Of a stretch of 64,000 bases of DNA, positions 8,637 to 21,039 are shown in pieces. Origin of the DNA: Laetmonice hystrix (lineage: Eukaryota). Both the position numbers and the translations under genes were made by a program. The stretch covers positions 19,470,001 through 19,534,000 of the forward strand of contig OZ249436.1 of assembly GCA_965235115.1 (NCBI GenBank), read 5' to 3'. Under the pieces are notes generated by a model. It ran no database searches. It was not told the DNA's origin and saw nothing but the letters and a program-made list of their open reading frames with translations. How positions within the stretch are numbered: position 1 is the stretch's first letter; the number at the start of each line of letters is the position of its first letter.

Positions 8637-11600
8637 GAACCAGATGAGTGATCAGGTGGTCATAGAACGTGTAGATCAGGTAATATGATTAAATGTGACG
8701 TGTAGTATCTGAGATCTAACTTTAATTAGATTGTAGTAGAACATTGACTGACAGTAACCTAATACGGACACGAGACGCCCTCTAGTGTAGGCCTCCGGAC
8801 CTGAGGAGCGGCCCATGATATGGGTGGGGAACATTAACTTGGGCCGAACGAGAGGGTTCCGTGTTTCCCCCCCGACAGGTGTTTCAGGTATAGGTCTGGA
8901 GATTGAGTTGTCTCTCATTAAGAAGAGCTCATGTCTTTCATACAGATATTACGTACAGACATTACGTCATGATGACGTCATACTTTATTATTGTCAAGGT
9001 CAACCAATGACCTCACGTATGCTCTACGAGGTCACCGCTTGGGAGTCGGAGGGTCTCGTTTACAGTATTCTTGTTTGTGATATTGGTACTACTTATGCCC
9101 CTTAAATTAATGTACCCCTTTTTATGCAGAGAATAGCTTCTCTTCGGCAAATCGCGGCACCCTCTGTTTTGAGTGGGCGATAATGAGTGACTTGGCCATA
9201 GACGTCGACTTGGATGACACAGTCTGTAATTAGGTCAAACCTTCCCATGTTGCCTGATCACCAGTTCGGTTTCGCCACAGGAAACGGGGCAGTGAGAGCC
9301 TCATGCTCTGAGGGACCTCATGTCCTGATAGACCATGTCCTAATGGACCTCATGTTCTGTACGTCATATCTTAAGCCGGGAACCAGATGGTACCTCAACG
9401 TTACGTGAAGGGATGACGTTACTGAACATATACCCCCCCCCCCCACCACCACCACCCACGTATGGACTCCAAGTAATCGTCATTGTTGACCCCGGCCCTT
9501 GAGTGGAGCACCGACAGAGGGAGTTCGAGGAGGGCGCTAGGGGGCGCTACCAATCGATGGCGGCCTGGAGAGGGCGCCACTTGAGACAAGGGGACGAGAC
9601 GATTAATGATTCTACAACTGAAGGGGTCTGCCTTGGAGTGTAGAGGGGGAGTAGAGATGTGTTACCGGCTCCGCTGTCTACCCCACAGAGAGATTACATT
9701 ACACAATCAACAACTGAGGGCAGACTGAGGCACGGGCCAGGTTGATATTGGCCCTTACATCATGTTTCTGTGTGACACCGGTTATAATGCTGCAGCTGGG
9801 GGAACTAATATATACCCGTTACCGGTAAAAGGGTTGTACCACTCCCCCTGCCAGTAGGCCTAGTTTTTTAAAACAAGGAGATGTCTTTTGAATCAATAAA
9901 CATTATGCCCTACTGCCCTCTAGAATATGGTCCTCGCTATTCTTGGCGGCGTGTGGTCCTGGTAATTGTTGTAAGCACCTCTGCTATACCTGTTCTGAAC
10001 ATGAGACCTAGGCTTTCTTTAATCAATATTAATGGACAGTCTTTCAGGCTATGACAGGCGGTCCCAGTGCAGCCCCAGGTGTAGGCCTACCCAAACCGCC
10101 ATTAACCGAGAGATAGCTAGCATAACACCGACTCCATCTTACGTCGTCATGATATATTCACTGTCGTGCACTGCTGCAGTGTTGCAAGATTTGGGCCCGT
10201 TTACTAAGACTGCATGCTTTATGCATTAATAATTTAACTTTTATTTAGTGGCGTCAGTTTCTACTGAACAAGGTCCCTAAACCCGCGACATAATCGACCG
10301 TTTTCATGACATCGATAGGAGTCTATCTACAATTCACAACTGGCTGACCCCCTCCCGGCCCTGTGTCTGGCCCTGCTGTGTCAGCGTGTGATCAGAGCCT
10401 GAACAGACACGGACCAACAAGGCAATGACGCCTGACAACATGAAAGTAATCTGAAATCGTTAATTGAGGACCGCCCTAATTAAACCAGCCACCATTAACA
10501 AAATGTCGAACCGTGATTTCTTTGATTAAAATCTTTTCCTAGGCATCAGAGGTTCGATCCTAAAATAAAAGACGCTTTAAAAGTAGCGACATGTTCAGTT
10601 CCGTCAACGGCGCTGCTTCAGATGTTCTTGTAGTCGAGATTGAGGGGAATAAAAAAATCATGTTAGTACACCTACTGACCGCCAGGGGCCCGGTGTGACG
10701 TACGTTGCTATTTTGGTGTTTTGGTGTCGCCTGACCTGAGGGTACCAACAAAAGGACCGTGGAATTGACAGGCGTGGTGTGACTGACGGCTGACGGTGAG
10801 TTTTGTCTCGAGACAGATGATCCTGCCCACCTGCTGAAGGCTCAGACCCGGCGGTCTCTCTCTACCTGAGGCCCGACTCGGCCCTAATGGCGATCGCGTG
10901 TAACACGCAGCGTGCACGCGCAGTCGTCAGGTCAAGGTCACGACGCTGACAACGCGCTGCCAGGAAACCAACACCAGATGGCGTTCTGATTGGATGTCAC
11001 TCCTCGACGTCCAACAATCAGCGGCCAACAATCGTTGACAGGAGCTAGACGGGGAGGGTTCGTCAACCGTCAGGCTTTACGAGTCGACACAGCAGGCTTA
11101 AGGATCCTTCAATATTGGTCATTTGTCGAGATCAAAAGCTGAACTCGACGTGCACGTCAACCACCAGGAATAGACGGTGAACTACGCATGCGTGTTTCCT
11201 GCCCGTACAGACGGCCAGCGCGCAGAGCCAACATGGCGGACGGGGGGGGGGGGCCGCAAATCACGTGTCTCACTCAGTCACAATCAGGACAAATCACCAA
11301 AAGGATGAATCTTGATGAAGGCTAATTAATGAGTCAAATTAAAAGGGATCCTGGCCCTTCTCTCCTTTCCGTTGATTCCATTATGTTTCTCCGGTTGACT
11401 CGGCGTGTTTTAGTTTCAATCTAGGAACCGGCTGCAGCATGCAGCGGTGCAATCTGCAATTTATGGGGGCCCCTCTATGGGTCCCGACGATGGAACATTG
11501 CGTTTTAGAACAATTATTTCAATTGATACTAATAGGGATTCTAAGGATGATTAGGTGCACTGTGTGGGATTGCAAACTGATTTCAAGCGCCATTTTAAGG

Positions 11601-12837
11601 ATTTAATTGTTTGTGTGCTGCATTTTTCATGACTGTTCCACTCCTGTCCCCAATAACACTCACGACCTAACTGAAGTCATGTTGTTTTGTGTCATTTCGT
11701 TTTGTATTTCTCCAGAATAACGCTGGCATCACGGAGCAGAGTCCCCTCAGGCAGCCCTATAGATGTAGAAGATGACAAGAGCTAAGACAGTGTTATCAAT
11801 AACCTGGGTACATCAAGGGGTTGGTAGCCGGTCTGAAGTATGTCCTGTCTGAGTAGCCAGGTCCGAGCTAATAAAAATCCCACCCGAACACCGCCACTGG
11901 ATGGCGACATGTGAGACGGGGTTGTCCACGAGATGGCGCTGCAGGTGGGCCACTCACCGCCGGGGCCGGACCATACGAGACGGGCCACTTACCCTGCAGT
12001 GTACACTATGGAACTCGGCGCTATTATATGTACAGGGTTATTGGCTTCCTCCATGTTCGCCACCTACCCCCCACTCAACTCACGAACCAAACTTTGCCAC
12101 AACAACAGCAGGAAGACGGCTGCACTGACACTAGTGACAGCTTCAAGAGGCTTACAAAGTCTTGGAACATCTTTGCTAAAGGACTCTAAAACTTGTGCAT
12201 CTGCGCCTCTAGCCGAGATCCCGAAAATTAACCGAATCAGGTAGTACTCAAAGAGCGTCACAGACGGTTCAATGGACTTGTAGATTAGGGGCTTCCTACA
12301 ATCCACCTCTGAGGTAATTTTACATGGAGTGCGGATGGGATGTGTACAGATTATCGGACCTCGCCTAACTACTGCTGGGCAATGCGGAAACACTCTGATC
12401 CCCGACCAACCTTCCTATGTATTATCATTAAAACTAGCATGATTACAATACATTTGTACTGTACGTGAAGCTCATTCCATCACACGCCTACGGACATGAC
12501 AAAAACAAGACTCCACTGAATCCTTAAACCAAGCCACGCCCCCATTTCTCCAACCCATCGATCCTCTTACCATTCCTTCATCTATTCCACCCCCAGACTC
12601 CCACCCTCACCCCCACCCCATCACCCCCCCACCACCTACCCCAAACAACAACCCTGAGGCTCACCATATCCCCTACCTACCCCCAACAACAACCCTCACC
12701 GTATCCCCTCATCCAATTCCCCCATTAATTCCTACGGACAGGGACCGTCTGCAGGCTGACCCCGGCCGACCGACGTACGTCTTTTTCTCGGTCCCTGTCC
12801 CCAGTGTCCGTCACACGTCCCCGGTCCCGACGTCCTC

Positions 12838-13570
12838 TACCCGGTCTGTGTAGACTTACCCCGACAGAACCACCTTCTGTCCCCGGTCGTCTGTGTAAAC
12901 TTACCCCGACAGAACCACCTTCTGTCCCCGGTCGTCTGTGTAAACTTACCCCGACAGAACCACCTCCTGTCCCCGGTCGTCTGTGTAGACTTACCCCGAC
13001 AGAACCACCTTCTGTCCCCGGTCGTCTGTGTAAACTTACCCCGACAGAACCACCTTCTGTCCCCGGTCGTCTGTGCAGACTTACCCCGACAGAACCACCT
13101 CCTGTCCCCAGTCGTCTGTGTAGACTTACCCCGACAGAACCAACCCTGTCCCCGGTCGTCTCTGTGGACTTACCCCGACAGAACCACCTCCTGTCCCCGG
13201 TCGCCTCTGCGGACTAACCCCGACAGAACCACCTCCTGTCCCCGGTCGTCTCTCTAGACTTACCCCGACAGAACCACCTCCTGTCCCCGGTCGTCTCTGC
13301 GGACTAACCCCGACAGAACCACATCCTGTCCCCGGTCGTCTCTCTAGACTTACCCCGACAGAACCATTTCCTGTCCCCTGTCACAACCATCTCCTGCCCC
13401 CGGTCGTCTGTGTAGACTTACCCCGACAAACCACCTCCTGTCCCCTGACAGAACCATCTCCTCCCCCGGTCGTCTGTGTGGACTTACCCCGACAGAACCA
13501 CCTCCTGTCCCCGGTCATCTGTGTAGACTTACCCCGACAGAACCAGCTCCTGTCCCCTGACAGAACCATC
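12838..13570. repeat. ~45-bp minisatellite, ~16 copies
   Basis: Unit acttaccccgacagaaccacc(t/c)tctgtccccggtcgtctgtgtag. The minus strand reads GGG|GTAAGT in most copies. Confidence 0.93.
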
Positions 13571-13719
13571 TGCTGTCAGACTCTACTGGCACCTGCTCCA
13601 CAATGTCCAGCTGTTGACACCAACAACACCTGTCGGTCTGTGGGATCTGCTTCCTTCTCTTCGACAGCAGCTACACGCCAAGCTTCCCCAACTTTCACCC
13701 ATGCCTTTCCCGTTCGTGC

Positions 13720-13900
13720 CTTCCCCCAACCTCCCTCACCCCCTGCCTTCCCCCACCCTTCCTCACCCATCCCTCACCGCCCTCCCTGCCTTCCCCCACC
13801 CTCGCTCACCCATCCCTCACCCTCTCCCTGCCTTCCCCCAGCCTCCCTCACCCATCCCTCACCCCCTGCCTTCCCCCAACCTCCCTCCCGCATCCTCCAT
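13720..13900. repeat. Pyrimidine-rich degenerate repeat (cctcacccatccctcacc/ctgccttcccc)
   Basis: Recurrent C/T-rich motifs visible by eye. Confidence 0.75.
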
Positions 13901-16507
13901 CCCCCGGACGTTTCAAGAGTCGACGCTTGCTATAGGCGACAATTGTACCTCTGACGCCTGTTGTGTTTGTGATAGATTTGTCTACTTTTGTCAAAGTAAT
14001 TGCAGCTCTTGCCAGTTTGATTCATTTCTTGCCAGTTTGATTCATTTCAGACATTAATTGATTCTACCATTCACTTGACTGCAGCTCTTGCAACTCTTGC
14101 TCTTATCAATTCATTCAAAACCACATTTCATTTGCCTGAATTGCTGGATGGAAATGTGGCACTCAATAAGATTTACTTCTTAATTGATCCGGGAAGGCTG
14201 TCAGAACTGTTAAATCTGTAAAGATTTTTTTACTACTGAATCTTAGAGTGGGTAAAACGTGTGGAGACAGCTAAATCTGCCAAACCGTTACTCGTTCTTC
14301 AGCTGACAAGACCACATCACCTCTCAGAGACGGTGTTTGGAGGTCAGTTTGAAATCACAGACTGCTCCTGCCAAGGGAGACCCTAATAAACTGTGACCCT
14401 CGGATACATATAGTGATGCAGTATGCATATTCCAGTAATGTAGGCTTTCTGACAAAAGTCAAACAAGGATATCGGAAGTGATGTAATTAGGCCACCAAAG
14501 TGGGTCATAGCCGTACCTAAATGGGTCGTGTGACATAGGACAGCAATAGTCTCAATCATCAGACCTTTTTTCCCGCTAGAGGCTGCTCGTCGCTCGAAAA
14601 AAGGGCCTGGACGTAAACGCCTATCTAGGTTACACGAACACGGTGAACATGATAGAAAATGATCATCGGCGCTGATTGGACGAGCGCGGCATTGTGACCT
14701 AGAAACCACGACCTCACTCTGGTAGGCCACATCCAAATCACTCTCACCCGCAAGACGTCACTGCTATCTGGACATAACATCACTGTCACCGTTTGATTTA
14801 AATATTCATGAACTGGCGGCCTACTTGAATTTCATCCAATAACATCTCTTGTTTTTTTTAATGTTTAACAGGTGTTTTTCATCATGACCCAGAAAATCCG
14901 GGCCGCGGTGATCACACTGCGGTGTCTCCCTGTCGAGGTAATCCCGGCAAATTACACCCACCATCGTTCAGTAAATACGACGTATGTCTTAATACTTGCC
15001 AGGCGTCGAGTTTAACATGTTTTGCGACTATCCAGAAAGTTTGAGACATTGATCTTGTGTCACAGTGGCGAAATGTCGGAAAGTCCCCTTGCTTCGGTCA
15101 CGTGACTAAACACCCTAATTACACCGATCGTAAACAATGGATAACTGCGCGCAAAAAATAGTTCCACTATCCTTCAATAGTTCATTTCGCATTTGGGGTA
15201 TATCTGAATTGTAAATCAATGTGTTGCACCCTTCAGACCTTTCTCTATTTACATATGGTAGCTGGGTATACATAAGTAGTAATTAAGAAAGTTGGAGAAA
15301 TATTGTGATATATGTGAGGAATCGTCTCGTAAAAAGGCAATGGTGGCAGAGACATTTGTGCAATGGCTCATGGGAGAGTGCATCCAAAGGTGGGAAGGCA
15401 GGTCAGGGTGCTGACATTTTGGTGGCATCAGCCCGCAGATCTGTATGTATTTGCGTCCAGTCCGTATATCCAGCTTGCGGATAGAACTGGTGGTCGAGTC
15501 TAGGTCAGCGAAAGATAAGGTTTAGGATTCCCTTACAAAGGGGAAAATGTCCGGGTATTTAATCTACATTTTCCTTCTAATGGTCTACTAGACTATAAGA
15601 GTAACACTGTCTACTATGATATATTATAGGTGAACCTTGGCTCTCTATTGAACGTTGCCCCCTCTCTATTTAAAATGCTGCTCTGGCGTTGAAACCATCC
15701 AATACTCCTTTAATTCCCCCAGTGCCTGTTGTTCACTCTGTCCTGAGTCCCAGCGCTGCCGCTGGCACTGCTGTTCTGGCAGTCGGTGGCTGCATTCTGA
15801 GGCTGCTTCCTGATCACATTGCCAGCTGGGGAATTGTTCAGCTGATCTGATTCAGGAAGGGGCCAACCCCGCCACATCTCCTGTAATGTCACTACACAAT
15901 GGTCACACTCAGTCCCTTTAGTGTCGTTTACTCAGCTTGCCGTGCGCCTCCTCCCTCCACCGTCCTTCCAGCCGGAGACTGACCAGCAGAACCACAGCTG
16001 ATTCAACACAATCCCTGGCGTTACATCCCCCACACCCTCCCACCAACCAGCCAGTTTGTCACGCCTTGTCGCGGAATTCCACCAGCGCAGAATACGTCGT
16101 TAATTCGTCTAAACTGAACTCAAATTAATGTTCGTCATTTACACGCTGAGCCTGACGGCCGGCGGTCTGAGAGACTGGCTGGGGGAGGGTGGGGGGTTGG
16201 GGGGGGGGGTGAGTCACACTCACAGTCACACCCAGCGTGTCGGGGCGTTCTCCCAGGTCCGCGCGACGCGGCGTCTCATCCCTAATGATGGTTAACGACA
16301 CCTGAATGAATGCCCACCGTTACGATCCTGTCTCCGCCACCTTGCCGCCCTTACGGCGCCAACCAGTCCTAATCTGTCACACTCTGTGTGCCGTCAAACA
16401 CGTACTGTCTACATAAATCCAATCAAGGATACGGAGCTGTAAGGGGCCGACGTGGGGTGGGTGTGGGTGTGTGGGTGTGGGGTGGGTGTGGGGTGGGTGT
16501 TCGTTCT

Positions 16508-16658
16508 GAGGGGCCAGGGTGGGGATGTAAGGGGCCGGGGTGGGGATGTAAGGGGCCGGATGGGGATGTAAGGGGCCGGGTGGGGATGTAAGGGGCCGGG
16601 TGGGGATGTAAGGGGCCGGGTGGGGATGTAAGGGGCCGGGTGGGGATGTAAGGGGCTG
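16508..16658. repeat. 20-bp G-rich minisatellite, ~7 copies
   Basis: Unit ggggccgggtggggatgtaa. Confidence 0.92.
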
Positions 16659-17384
16659 GGCCGCGGGTTGGGGAAGATTTATCTATGTCAAGGAGACAAC
16701 CCTTGGGCCTCGTGACCCGTCGGTGCCACCATGTCCTTGCCACACGTGTCATTGGAATGGTCATTTGCCGGCGAGTCTGAACGAGCCCGGAAATGACCAC
16801 TAATGTCCTCTGACAAGGGTTGTGACCGCCGACCATTCACAAACGTTGTAGAATGACTGAAAGGAAGCTGAATGAACTGGATTTCTTCTTCCCAGTTTTT
16901 CAAGCTAACTCTTCGAAGCGCGATAAAAAAATAGATAAATAAATAAATAAATAAAACAAATAAATGAATATGAAGACGGCCTGTGAGTTTTTAAGAGGTG
17001 CTATAACCTGTCGTTTGTGGAGTTTGTACGTAGTTATGTGACCTTTATGTGACCTTCAACGTCGTAGTCAGCCTACGGTCTCCTGAATTCTCCCCTCCTT
17101 GAAGCGTTTCTCGCTGTACTTAGCCTAGTCGACACATGACAATCGCTGTTTACGACTGAAGTGACAACAGAAGGTGGGTGACAAGCTGGTCAAGTTGTTA
17201 GCTAAAAGTAGTCCTTGTATAACTGGAGATGATGCGCTCAATCAATCGATCAGCCGGTCGATCATCTAGTCGATAGATCAGTCGAACAGAGAGAAGGTGT
17301 GAGATGGCCTTGGTATGGCCTTCTCTAATGAGGCTTACAGAACTGGCTAGCAACCCGACATTCTGAAATCTGCCCGGACTGTAA

Positions 17385-17651
17385 ACAGGTCTAGGTTTAG
17401 ACAGGACGTAGGTCTAGGTCAAGACAGGGTTCAGTTCTAGGTCTAGACAGGGTGCAGGTCTAGGTTAGGGTTAGGGTGCAGGTCGAGGTCTAGGCAGGGT
17501 GCAGGTCTAGATCTAGACAGGGTGCAGGTCTAGGTCTAGGTCTAGACAGGGTGCAGGTCTAGGTCTAGACAGGGTGCAGGTCTAGGTCTAGACAGGATGC
17601 AGGTCGAGGTCTAGACAGGGTGCAGGTCTAGGTCTAGACAGGGTGCAGGTC
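17385..17651. repeat. ~23-bp minisatellite
   Basis: Unit ggtctagacagggtgcaggtcta with variants. Confidence 0.88.
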
Positions 17652-19084
17652 CAAGCCAAGCGCCGGCTTTGATTACCAATTGATTGGCTTGAAATTAGGT
17701 GATAAGACGCGAGATGGTAATTGGATTGTCAGATAAACTGCTGACAAATTGTCTGAAAGCAGGACCTCTTTCATGATGTGTCCGGCAGCGGGTGAGGCGC
17801 TGCCTTGACAACCATCGCCAGCCTACCCGGCATGCAAAGCAATTTTCTAGCACAAGAGAGCGACTGGTTTTCGCCTTTCAATACGTGCATGTATCATACA
17901 GTATCTGTCCAATACTACATAGACTTGACATGATTATGTCCTTGGTACTTTTGTTAAGGCACGCCGTGTGACCAGTCATCACGGACTTCTGTGTTATTTT
18001 CTAATCTCCACAGCAGACTGCATTTTCTGTTCAGACTTCAATGATGAACGAACAGAATTTCCATATGTCCTGTATAATCGAGTGTCGCCCAATGTCAGAC
18101 TATAATTCGATAAAAGAAGTAGCCTGCCATGTGAATAAAGCAAAATTAAATCTGTATCCATAGAAACACTGTCACCATGGATCACTTGCTATTCCACCCA
18201 CTGGGAGATGGTGGCAGAGACAACAAGCAGTTCCCACGGGGCAAACACTGGACGGATCACCATGTAATGCTACCCTGCCAAATCGTCCATTAATTGTTGA
18301 CTTTTTAAAAACAAATTAAGGTAAACAAGAATAAAATACTTACTTGAATATGGAGGGATGGACTGAGCTATGGACTGGTTATCAAACAGGTTTGGCGGGG
18401 ACTCGGGGTTGGACGATTTGAGTTGCTGGTGTAGACAAGGGGGGTGGTTACTGCACACAGCGACGATGACGCCCTCTACCGACACACTCACCCACCATAC
18501 CTGAAAGAGACGAGTAAACATTGAGACTCAGGTAAGACGATAATAAACCGACTCTCTCATACCGGCAGGTCCTCAACGTCTGCGGGTAGAACGTCTAATT
18601 AACCCGCCTTGAAATGATATCATGTCATCTTCACATCTTGAGGATTCTCCAGAAATGAGGTCACACATGCGCATGATAAAGTAGTTCTCAAGCCTGAAAC
18701 AAAGTGGTCTATATATCGGAAACAAAGTGGTACCTGACATTTGGATTATATTATATTCTGTCTCATGAATGTAATTTACCTGCTCCAAATGTTTGTTTCC
18801 ATAGACTACTTTCTTTGACTATACTGGACACTAGACTTGATTCGCGACATGAGTACGTGTTGTATCTGTCTGTAGCACGGAGTCGCCAACTGTGTGTAGA
18901 TTATCAATCTACACAGAACCCACAGACATCAGCTCGGACAATCCTGCACAGAAATCAATCTGTAGAAAATGAAGAGCGGGGCCATAGGAAATCAATCAGC
19001 ACCAAGTGAACCCGCTACACCCACCTGGCATATTAAAACCGTCACACAAACGTTTTATTCGCATGAAGTAGGGTGTCCCAGTCT

Positions 19085-19499
19085 AACTAACCTGACATAT
19101 TCTGACAGATGGCGCTGAAATCATACCCTCAACTAACCTGACAGATCCTGACAGACTGCACTGAAATCATACCCTCAACTAACCTGACAGATCCTGACAG
19201 ACTGCACTGAAATCATACCCTCAACTAACCTGACAGATCCTGACAGACTGCACTGAAATCATACCCTCAACTAACCTGACAGATCCTGACAGACTGCACT
19301 GAAATCATACCCTCAACTAACCTGACAGATCCTGACAGACTGCACTGAAATCATACCCTCAACTAACCTGACAGATCCTGACAGACTGCACTGAAATCAT
19401 ACCCTCAACTAACCTGACAGATCCTGACAGACTGCACTGAAATCATACCCTCAACTAACCTGACAGATCCTGACAGACTGCACTGAAATCATACCCTCA
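19085..19499. repeat. 46-bp tandem array, ~9 copies
   Basis: Unit gaaatcataccctcaactaacctgacagatcctgacagactgcact. The minus strand contains CAG|GTTAGT. Confidence 0.95.
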
Positions 19500-19699
19500 G
19501 CTGACAATTTTGTTATTTGGAAAGATTTGTTATGGAGTCGACGCGCATGTAAACGGCAAGAAACAAAATGACAATTTCGACAAGACTTCATTTGGTGATG
19601 GTGACACGGGGTACTGGGTGGTTTCTGGGGATACGGGGGGAGGGGTTATGGGGGTTTCTGGGTGCACTGGGGGGGGGGGGGGGGGTTACGGGGGATTTA

Positions 19700-19865
19700 G
19701 CGGGGCTAGAAGTCTATATCAGCATAAAATTGGCAATTAGCGGGACTAGAAGTATATAGACCAGCATAAAATGGGCAATTGACGGGGCTAGAAGTATACA
19801 GACCAGCATTTAAAATGGGCAATTGACGGAGCTAGAAGTCTAGACCAGCATAAAATTGACAATTA
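19700..19865. repeat. Degenerate ~42-bp repeat, ~4 copies
   Basis: cggggctagaagt...accagcataaaat(t/g)ggcaatt repeated. Confidence 0.8.
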
Positions 19866-20259
19866 TCGGGGATAAAATCGTGTAGATATTAGTCACATTG
19901 TGGAGATTTAGATGAGCTGAATGTAAATCCACCCCCTCCGTCATCCCGAGTCTGAGAGGAGCGACGGTTGTAAAATAAATCAGAATATTTCCACACCCTC
20001 TGTGTCCTCTTGAGACTGCATGGATTTATTCACAGGCCCGGGTATAACTTATACTGTAAAATCAATATAGGGATGCATTTTATGGAATCAAAGGCTCCTC
20101 CGACTCTCTTCAAATACAATGTCTCCAAATGGAATTGATAGAAGCTATTTTCACTTTAGAAGCCTTAAATGTGTTATACCCAGCTGTTACCCTGCGAAAT
20201 TGCTTTCACGCGGACAGAATTTAAACATTCATTGAGTCAGAATAATATCATCCCCCCCC

Positions 20260-20640
20260 CATAGGCGCCAGAAGCGGGGGGCAGGGGGGGGGGGCGACCG
20301 CCCCCTCAATAAGCTGGTGGGGGGGGGGGGGCCCCCCCCAATAATCTGTGATCATGAATTTAAAAAAGCAGGTTTTTCCACATACAGTAGGCCTGTTGAA
20401 ACCATGACTTGGGTGCCTCAAAGACTGGGCCGATTGTCCTAATGATACATTGTAACCTATTCATTCACGCCTTCAAAACATAAAAAATCCTGCCTCAAAA
20501 CGGTGTAGAAAAGCGTTTTAGGGTGTGTAGTTTTCAAAATTTTCTCGGGGAGGGCCTCCGACCTAAACATGTTGTAGCCTATGACTTTCGTTTCAGCTCT
20601 CTTGCCCCCCCCCAATAACAATTTGCTTCCGGCGCCCCGG
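20260..20640. mobile_element. Putative non-autonomous DNA transposon (MITE, possibly hAT-type), ~380 bp
   Basis: Imperfect terminal inverted repeats ggcgccagaagc (20264) / gcttccggcgcc (~20625-20636) and subterminal gcccccccaata motifs at both ends. A TSD is not clear in the poly-C flanks. Confidence 0.45.
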
Positions 20641-20655
20641 AACCCCCCCCCCTGT

Positions 20656-20985
20656 TTATTGCATGAACGTTTGTGGTGCAATGTGAATTCTTTCTGCTGC
20701 GATTCTGAATGTTGGAATTCGGGATCTATCGGAAACACGGAGGCAATGAGCCACAAACGTTCCAGTCCACCCCACCCCCCTCCACGTATGCCGGTTGTGG
20801 ACGGGGCCATAAGATTCAATTTCCCTCTGCATGAGTGTGGCGTGTAACTTCAAGGTTTGAAGACAGTATGTCTCCCTGCAATGTTGACTGTCTGCTTCCA
20901 CGACGGTTCCACGCCTGCCAGGAGTCGGCAGAGTGTCTAGGCTAACACACCGCGCTGTACGGTTTCTCTCCTCAGTAAACAAAAC
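20656..20985 (-). CDS. Candidate terminal exon of the same unknown protein (speculative)
   Basis: Acceptor tgaacgtatttacag|GTT. Only the phase-0 frame stays open (VLFTEERNRTARCVSLD...APQTFMQ*), matching the phase of the 23266 donor. Confidence 0.22.
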   Translation of the reverse strand, partial: VLFTEERNRTARCVSLDTLPTPGRRGTVVEADSQHCRETYCLQTLKLHATLMQREIESYGPVHNRHTWRGVGWTGTFVAHCLRVSDRSRIPTFRIAAERIHIAPQTFMQ

Positions 20986-21039
20986 CTGTAAATACGTTCA
21001 ATGTCACATGGTACACTGACCGGTCAACAATGGCGTCAG

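Noticed and set aside
10545..10565. Pol III B-box-like GGTTCGATCC (tRNA/SINE)
   Set aside because: No upstream A-box or cloverleaf.
11993..12054. ATG-containing upstream exon ending at GG|GTAAGT as a CHT1 coding exon
   Set aside because: It ends in phase 2, out of frame with the 5512 acceptor and ATG. It could still be a non-coding exon.
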